DNA of 64,000 bases from an uncultured Gemmatimonadaceae bacterium (GTDB lineage: Bacteria > Gemmatimonadota > Gemmatimonadetes > Gemmatimonadales > Gemmatimonadaceae): contig CAVUDW010000003.1 in assembly GCA_963740355.1 (NCBI GenBank), forward strand, positions 2,400,001 to 2,464,000, in the 5' to 3' direction. The position numbers and the translations under genes are program-made. Below the pieces are notes generated by a model. The model was not told the DNA's origin. It made no database searches and was given only the letters and a program-made list of their open reading frames with translations. Shown here piece by piece: positions 58,611 through 64,000 of the stretch; within the stretch, counting starts at the first letter, position 1; the number at the start of each line of letters is the position of its first letter.

Positions 58611-58672
58611 AGCGAGGTCCGGACGCTGCGGACTCCTCTCCACCACGCCGATCCGGCACAGGAGCCCCGCCC

Positions 58673-59020
58673 ATGCACACCTCGCACTCGACCATCGATC
58701 GCACCCCCGAACAACAGCGCGCCGCCGAGCGTGTCGATTCGCTCCGCGCCTCCATCGATCGCATCGACGAGATGCTCGTGTCGCTGATCGGTGAACGCCA
58801 GCGCCTCGCCCGTGCCGTCGGTGTCGCCAAGCGCTCGGCCGCGCTGCCGCCTGTCGATGCCACCCGTGAGCACGATGTCATCCAGCGCATCGTCGATCAT
58901 GCCAGCGACCACGGCGTGAACGAAAACGAAGCCCGCGTCCTCGCTGACCAGCTGATCCGACTGGCCCGCACCACACAGGGTTTGCCGACGGTCAGCCGCC
59001 GCGATGTCGCTGCAGCATGA
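58673..59020 (+). CDS. Monofunctional chorismate mutase type II (AroQ)
   Basis: LRASIDRID..ER..VGVAK..DATRE..Q conserved catalytic pattern. SD AGGAG. Confidence 0.88.
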   Translation: MHTSHSTIDRTPEQQRAAERVDSLRASIDRIDEMLVSLIGERQRLARAVGVAKRSAALPPVDATREHDVIQRIVDHASDHGVNENEARVLADQLIRLARTTQGLPTVSRRDVAAA

Positions 59021-59051
59021 AGGGCGCCGGTCTCCGTGACCGGCGCCCTTC
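59019..59051. terminator. Hairpin after chorismate mutase
   Basis: 14-bp stem GAAGGGCGCCGGTC-tccgt-GACCGGCGCCCTTC. Confidence 0.65.
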
Positions 59052-59203
59052 GATGTGTAGTGCTGCGTCACCGCGTGTGATCGCCTGACGTTGCCGTCAC
59101 ACATGACCTTCGTGCAAGATCGTCGCGCGAACTCGTCGTGCGTGATCAGCAGGCGTGGGTGTCGTCGTTCAGGGCGCGTGAACCTGCGCCCACCCGCGGT
59201 CGA

Positions 59204-60172
59204 TCAGAACTGATTCAGGCAGCCCTTCTGTCCACTCGTGTTCGCGTACCCGGTGCCGGCCGTGTAAGCACGGTTCGACCAGTTCCCCTGCACCTTCCAC
59301 TTGCTGCCGTTGTTGAAGGTCTGCAATGACGTGGTGTTGAACACCCAGGCGCACTTGTCGGAGTTCTCGTAGCCCTGTGCATCGTACCACGCGCCAGGGG
59401 AGGCGGGATCGGTGACGGCCTCGGAGAGTTCATGCGCCGAGACGTTGGCGATGGCGGCCAGTCCCTGTGAGTGCTGGCCTGATGCGTCGGCCGGATCACA
59501 ACCCGAATCGCCGTCGAGCTTCCAGAAGAACGCGAACTGCAGTGCCTTGCCACCGCAGCTCCCCGCCGAATGCCAGGCGCAATATCCCGCATTGCCACGC
59601 GGTACATCCGTGTACACTGCGATGTAGTCGTTGCCAGCCGGATCCACCGTGATTCCGTTCGCGGCCACGACCTTGCACACCTCATTCAGGATCGTCGTCG
59701 TGTTGCCACCGCCTGACGCGGTCGTGGCGTCGATGATGTGCCCCGCATACGTCGACGTCGCGCCGACGGTACCATTCGTGCCCGTGTACTCGATGTTCGT
59801 GCGCGCGATCGGCGTACCGCCCCATCCTGCATAGAACGTGTCCATGCCGGTGATCTTGTCGCCTGAATACGTCGCCCACGACGTCCCCCAGAACACCGTC
59901 CGCGTGATCGACGTCGGCATGATCTTGCCGCCATGGTACGTCATGTTCGGCGAACGACGTGCCGCCGCTCCACCACCCCCCGCCGCATTCGACTGATCCC
60001 ACCCACGAATGTGATGGACCTTCGCATTCCACGGCCCGTTCAATTCCGAGTTCCCACCCACGGCCATCGAGAGCTGCGAATCCTTGTTCGCAACTTCGGT
60101 CGGGGTGGCGTCAGGCGACGCGCAGGCGGCCAGCAAGCCAAGCGACACAACCGCGGTAAAACCCTTCTTCAT
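59204..60172 (-). CDS. Lipoprotein with Phi-1/EXORDIUM-like domain
   Basis: Lipobox LAAC. MTYHGG, GYCAWHS, HELSEAVTDP, ENSDKC, VQGNWSN. Confidence 0.72.
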   Translation of the reverse strand: MKKGFTAVVSLGLLAACASPDATPTEVANKDSQLSMAVGGNSELNGPWNAKVHHIRGWDQSNAAGGGGAAARRSPNMTYHGGKIMPTSITRTVFWGTSWATYSGDKITGMDTFYAGWGGTPIARTNIEYTGTNGTVGATSTYAGHIIDATTASGGGNTTTILNEVCKVVAANGITVDPAGNDYIAVYTDVPRGNAGYCAWHSAGSCGGKALQFAFFWKLDGDSGCDPADASGQHSQGLAAIANVSAHELSEAVTDPASPGAWYDAQGYENSDKCAWVFNTTSLQTFNNGSKWKVQGNWSNRAYTAGTGYANTSGQKGCLNQF

Positions 60173-60231
60173 GCGACACGCTCCGTTCGAGGGGGGGGAG
60201 TCCTGCGTACAGTGGCCGAGTCTGGGGGGTG

Positions 60232-61059
60232 CTATCGAGCAGGTGCTGGTGCAAGTGCAGGAACACGAACTGCAGCGGGCGACATGTTCGCGCTCGCAAG
60301 ACCGGCCAGATGCCGGTCGATGATGCGCCGAAAGGCCTCGACCGGATGTGAGCCCTCCAGCGACACGCCATTGATCAGAAAGCCGGGTGTGCCGGCGAAC
60401 CCGAAGCGATGCCCTTCAGCGAGATCAGCATCCACGCGTGCGCGAATCGCCGGCGATTGCGCATCCACCTTCGCGCGCGCCAAGTCCGCACCTACCGACC
60501 TCACCGCCTGATCGAGATAGACCTCGCCCATCGCTTCCAACTTCTTCTGGTTGTTGAACAACTCGTCGTAGAGCTTGAACGCCTTCGCCGGATCCTGCTG
60601 CGCGACTGCTTCATACGTGAGCGCGGCAATCATGGCATGCGGATGGATCTCGAGCGGCGTCTGCTTCACCACCAGCCGCACCTGATCGCCATACTGCTTC
60701 ATGACGTCCACCAGGACATCGCGCTCTCGGCGGCAGTACGGACACTCGAAATCCGAGTACTCCACGATGGTGACCGGCGCATCCGCGTTCCCAAAGGCGA
60801 TGCGATGATCCAGGGCCGGCACCTTTGGCGTCCGGAACTCCTCCTCCATCTTCGCCTGCGCATCACGCACTGCGTTCTTCTGCAATTCACCCTGCGCCAC
60901 CTGCGCCGCCTTGTTCAGCGCCGCGATGAATTCCGCAGGGTGCCGCTCGATCACGCGATACAGAATTTCAGGATGCTGCTGCAGCTGTAACTCGATGTCA
61001 CGTGCGGACGGCTCGGCACGGCAGCCAAGCATCAGCAGCAACGCGGACAATCGAATCAC
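60232..61059 (-). CDS. DsbA/Com1 family thioredoxin-fold lipoprotein
   Basis: VTIVEYSDFECPYC and GTPGFLING. Lipobox MLGC. Start GTG 61059 inferred. Confidence 0.85.
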   Translation of the reverse strand: MIRLSALLLMLGCRAEPSARDIELQLQQHPEILYRVIERHPAEFIAALNKAAQVAQGELQKNAVRDAQAKMEEEFRTPKVPALDHRIAFGNADAPVTIVEYSDFECPYCRRERDVLVDVMKQYGDQVRLVVKQTPLEIHPHAMIAALTYEAVAQQDPAKAFKLYDELFNNQKKLEAMGEVYLDQAVRSVGADLARAKVDAQSPAIRARVDADLAEGHRFGFAGTPGFLINGVSLEGSHPVEAFRRIIDRHLAGLASANMSPAAVRVPALAPAPAR

Positions 61060-61316
61060 GTCTGACAGTCGGTCCGGAATTGGGCGAGTCACAATCCCAA
61101 CGTTCACCACTTGCCAACGAACCGCAATGCTATGATATGTCAGTTGTTCTTGGGTTCGCGTTCTCGTTTCAGTAGGTTCGCTGGTGACGCTGTGGCTCCG
61201 CCATGCATCCGGAGCACAGCCACAACATTCGCGCGCCAATGCTGGCCGCGAATCAGCACCGCAGTGCGTAGACAATCGCCATCGCCGATCACGAATCGCT
61301 CTCCCAGCCACCACGC

Positions 61317-62933
61317 ATGACCACTCGTCGAGAATTCGTCGCCACCACCGCGATCGCCGCCGGTGCCCTCGCCCTCGGGCGACCACAGGACGCTGCCGCG
61401 CACACGCGTTTGATGCCGCATGTGCAACAGCGCATGGACGCACCCACGCGCGACCTGCTGATGCTCGCACTCGACACCGCCAAGCGGGGCGGGGCCAGCT
61501 ACGCCGACGTGCGCATCCAGCGCGTGCAGCGGAACGCCGTCTTCACCCGCGAACGCCAGGTGCTCGACGTGGTGGACAGCGACACCATTGGCTGCGGTGT
61601 CCGTGCGCTGGTTGATGGGTGCTGGGGCTTCGCTGCCACTCCACGTCTCACCAACGAAGGCATCCAGCGCGCTGCATCAGAGGCTGTCGCAACGGCCAAG
61701 GCCAATCGTATTGCGCGTGACCGGCCCGTCGAGCTGGCGCCAAACCCGAGTCATCCCGACGCCACCTGGTCGAGCGGCTTCACCATCGATCCGTTCAACA
61801 TCTCGATCGAGGAGAAGACGACCCTCGCGATCGCCGCCAACGCCGCCGCACTGTCCGTACCCGGGGTGCGATTCGTGAGCACGCAGCTGCAGTTCGTGAA
61901 GGAGGAGCGCAATTACGCCAACACCGACGGCTCGGTGATCGCGCAAACGCTGGTGCGCACGTATACGCCGATGGCGATCACCGCCGTCAGCGCTGATCGC
62001 AGCGACTTCGCCATCCGCGACGCCGTCGTGCAGCCGACGGGTCGTGGCTGGGAATCGGTGCTCGAGAACAACCTTGTCGTAAATGCCAAGAAGTGGGCAG
62101 AAGAAGCAGCCGAGAAGCTGACGGCGAAGTCGGTCGAGCCCGGGCGGTACGACCTGATCCTTCATCCGTCGAATCTTGGTCTCACGCTGCACGAATCGGT
62201 CGCGCACCCGACGGAGCTCGATCGCGCCTACGGCTACGAAGCGAATTACGCCGGTACCTCGTTCGTTGCACCGCCCGACAAGGTGCTCGGCACCTTGAAG
62301 TTCGGTTCACCTATCATGAACATCTACGGCGATCGCTCGCAGCCCGGCGGGTGTGCCACCATCGGGTATGACGACGACGGGGTGAAGCCGGATCAGTTCG
62401 ACATCATCAAGGATGGTGTCGTCGTCGACTACCAGACCACCCGCGAACAGGCGATGTGGCTCGACTGGTGGTACAAGAAGCGCGGCATGCCGACGCGCAG
62501 TCATGGCTGTTCGTATGCTGACTCGTGGAGCAGTGTCGCCTTCCAGCGCATGCCGAACGTCTCGATCAAGCCGGGGGCGAAGGATCTCAGCTTCAACGAC
62601 CTGATCGCCGCCACCGACAAGGGCATCGCGATCCTCGGTCGCGGATCGTACTCCATCGATCAGCAGCGTTTCAACGGCCAGTTCGGCGGTGCGCTGTTCT
62701 ACGAAGTGCGTGGCGGGAAGATCGTGGGACAGATGCGCGACGTGGCCTACCAGTTCCGCACAACCGAATTCTGGGCCGCGCTCGACATGCTCGGCGGGCA
62801 GAAGTCGTACGAACTCTACGCCACCTTCTCCGACGGCAAGGGACAGCCGGGACAGGCCAACGCCGTCACCCACGGCTGCGTACCGACGCGCCACAAGCAG
62901 GTCAACGTGATCAACACCGGACGGAAGGCATGA
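61317..62933 (+). CDS. tldD: TldD family metalloprotease with Tat signal peptide
   Basis: TRREFV twin-arginine signal. HESVAH (HExxxH), YDDDGV, QRMPNV, C-terminal HGCVP. Confidence 0.87.
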   Translation: MTTRREFVATTAIAAGALALGRPQDAAAHTRLMPHVQQRMDAPTRDLLMLALDTAKRGGASYADVRIQRVQRNAVFTRERQVLDVVDSDTIGCGVRALVDGCWGFAATPRLTNEGIQRAASEAVATAKANRIARDRPVELAPNPSHPDATWSSGFTIDPFNISIEEKTTLAIAANAAALSVPGVRFVSTQLQFVKEERNYANTDGSVIAQTLVRTYTPMAITAVSADRSDFAIRDAVVQPTGRGWESVLENNLVVNAKKWAEEAAEKLTAKSVEPGRYDLILHPSNLGLTLHESVAHPTELDRAYGYEANYAGTSFVAPPDKVLGTLKFGSPIMNIYGDRSQPGGCATIGYDDDGVKPDQFDIIKDGVVVDYQTTREQAMWLDWWYKKRGMPTRSHGCSYADSWSSVAFQRMPNVSIKPGAKDLSFNDLIAATDKGIAILGRGSYSIDQQRFNGQFGGALFYEVRGGKIVGQMRDVAYQFRTTEFWAALDMLGGQKSYELYATFSDGKGQPGQANAVTHGCVPTRHKQVNVINTGRKA

Positions 62934-64000
62934 GCATCATCCTCGATCCGCGCGCTCCGCGCTCGCTCTTCGCCGACGACACCGTCATCTCCCGCGCCGA
63001 TGCGCAGCGCGTGGTTGAAAGTGTGGTCAAGCTGTCGCGCGCCGACTCGGTGCAGGCCGTCATTCGTTCGTCGCGGACACGCAACGTTCGGTTCGCCGCC
63101 AACCAGCTCTCCACGGCCGGCGTGGTCGAAGACACCACGCTGGTGGTGATGTCGTTCATCGGGCGAAAGCATTCCGCCGTCACCACCAACGATCTCTCGC
63201 CGGAAAGCATCGAGCGCACGGTGCGAAAGGCGGAAGCGATCGCGAAACTGGCCCCGGATGATCCGGAGATGCTGCCAGTGCTCGGCCAGCAGAACCTGCG
63301 CGACCTGACCGCCGCCTGGGACGAGGCGACCGCCACCCTCCCGGCAGGCGATGTCACGGCCGCCGCCAACACGGCGCTCGGGCCTGCCCGTCGCGCCGGC
63401 AGCACGCTCAACGTGGCCGGTTTCCTGGTGACCGGTGCTGACGCGATCGCGATTGGTACGAGTGCCGGCCTTTTCTCCTACCACCGCGGCACCAGCGCCA
63501 ACTACACCCTCACCGTCCGCACCGCCGACGGCACTGGCTCCGGCTGGAGTGGCGAAGATGCCGTCGCCTGGAGTTCGCTCAACTTTGCGGCCGTCAGTGC
63601 GCAGGCGATCGAGAAGGCGGAGAAGTCCCGAAATCCTGTCGCAATCGAACCGGGCCGGTACACCGTGATCCTCGAGCCGCAGGCCGTTGGCGACCTCGTG
63701 GGACTGATGCCGCGGTACTTCAACGCCCGCAGCGCCGATGAGGGCCGCTCTCCGTTCGCGAAGCAGGGCGGCGGCAACAAGCTTGGCGAAGTGATCGTGA
63801 ATGCGATGGTGAACCTCACCAGCGACCCCGCCGACCCGATGGTGCTCGCCCAGCCCTTTGATGGCGATGGCATGCCACTGACGAAGCAGTCATGGATCAC
63901 CAACGGGACACTTTCCACGATGCTGGTCCCGCGCGCCTGGGCTGCGCGAAAGAATCTCGTGGCGACAGGCAACCCGAACAACATCATCCTCGCCGGCGGC
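62930..64000 (+). CDS. TldE/PmbA family protein (partial, runs off the window)
   Basis: ATGA overlap with tldD. Read by hand: MSIILDPRAP..NVRFAANQLSTAG..IEPGRYTVILEPQAV..PFDGDG. Not in the ORF track because it has no stop in the window. Confidence 0.82.
   Translation, partial: MSIILDPRAPRSLFADDTVISRADAQRVVESVVKLSRADSVQAVIRSSRTRNVRFAANQLSTAGVVEDTTLVVMSFIGRKHSAVTTNDLSPESIERTVRKAEAIAKLAPDDPEMLPVLGQQNLRDLTAAWDEATATLPAGDVTAAANTALGPARRAGSTLNVAGFLVTGADAIAIGTSAGLFSYHRGTSANYTLTVRTADGTGSGWSGEDAVAWSSLNFAAVSAQAIEKAEKSRNPVAIEPGRYTVILEPQAVGDLVGLMPRYFNARSADEGRSPFAKQGGGNKLGEVIVNAMVNLTSDPADPMVLAQPFDGDGMPLTKQSWITNGTLSTMLVPRAWAARKNLVATGNPNNIILAGG

Noticed and set aside
1..64000. tRNA, rRNA, IS elements, prophage or defence islands
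   Set aside because: No cloverleaf or T-loop contexts, and no transposase, integrase or phage-like ORFs recognised by eye; a tRNAscan or ISfinder run would be needed to exclude them fully.

Overview
GC-rich (roughly 65-67% by eye) bacterial chromosomal window. Gene style and content suggest Gemmatimonadota, but this is inference only. It holds about 50 densely packed housekeeping and accessory genes: GH20 hexosaminidase, a WtpABC-like oxyanion ABC transporter, lepB, nfo, pruA, panD, rpmG, a TetR-TolC-MFP-RND efflux operon, a cobalamin-riboswitch-controlled TonB receptor, many secreted peptidases, chorismate mutase and a TldD/TldE pair running off the right end. I saw no rRNA, tRNA, transposase, integrase or cas gene. 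The most interesting signals are mostly non-coding or unannotated. (1) An apparently leaderless Phe/Tyr-rich leader peptide with a terminator/antiterminator (ribosome-mediated attenuator) lies upstream of a monofunctional chorismate mutase. (2) Two oppositely oriented 71-nt-period repeat arrays (24-nt core plus 47-nt linkers sharing an IHF-like CAA-N4-TTA motif) bracket a Tat-Rieske gene. (3) Other structured intergenic repeats include a 74/75-nt array, a 39-bp inverted-repeat element and a 520-nt nested palindrome with a 13-mer VNTR. (4) Recurrent TAnnnT-N5-8-ATG starts suggest leaderless mRNAs. (5) A degenerate ANL (acyl-CoA synthetase-fold) protein has lost its catalytic motifs. (6) A bacterial EXORDIUM/Phi-1-like lipoprotein is present. 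All family assignments come from motif recognition by eye, not from database searches.
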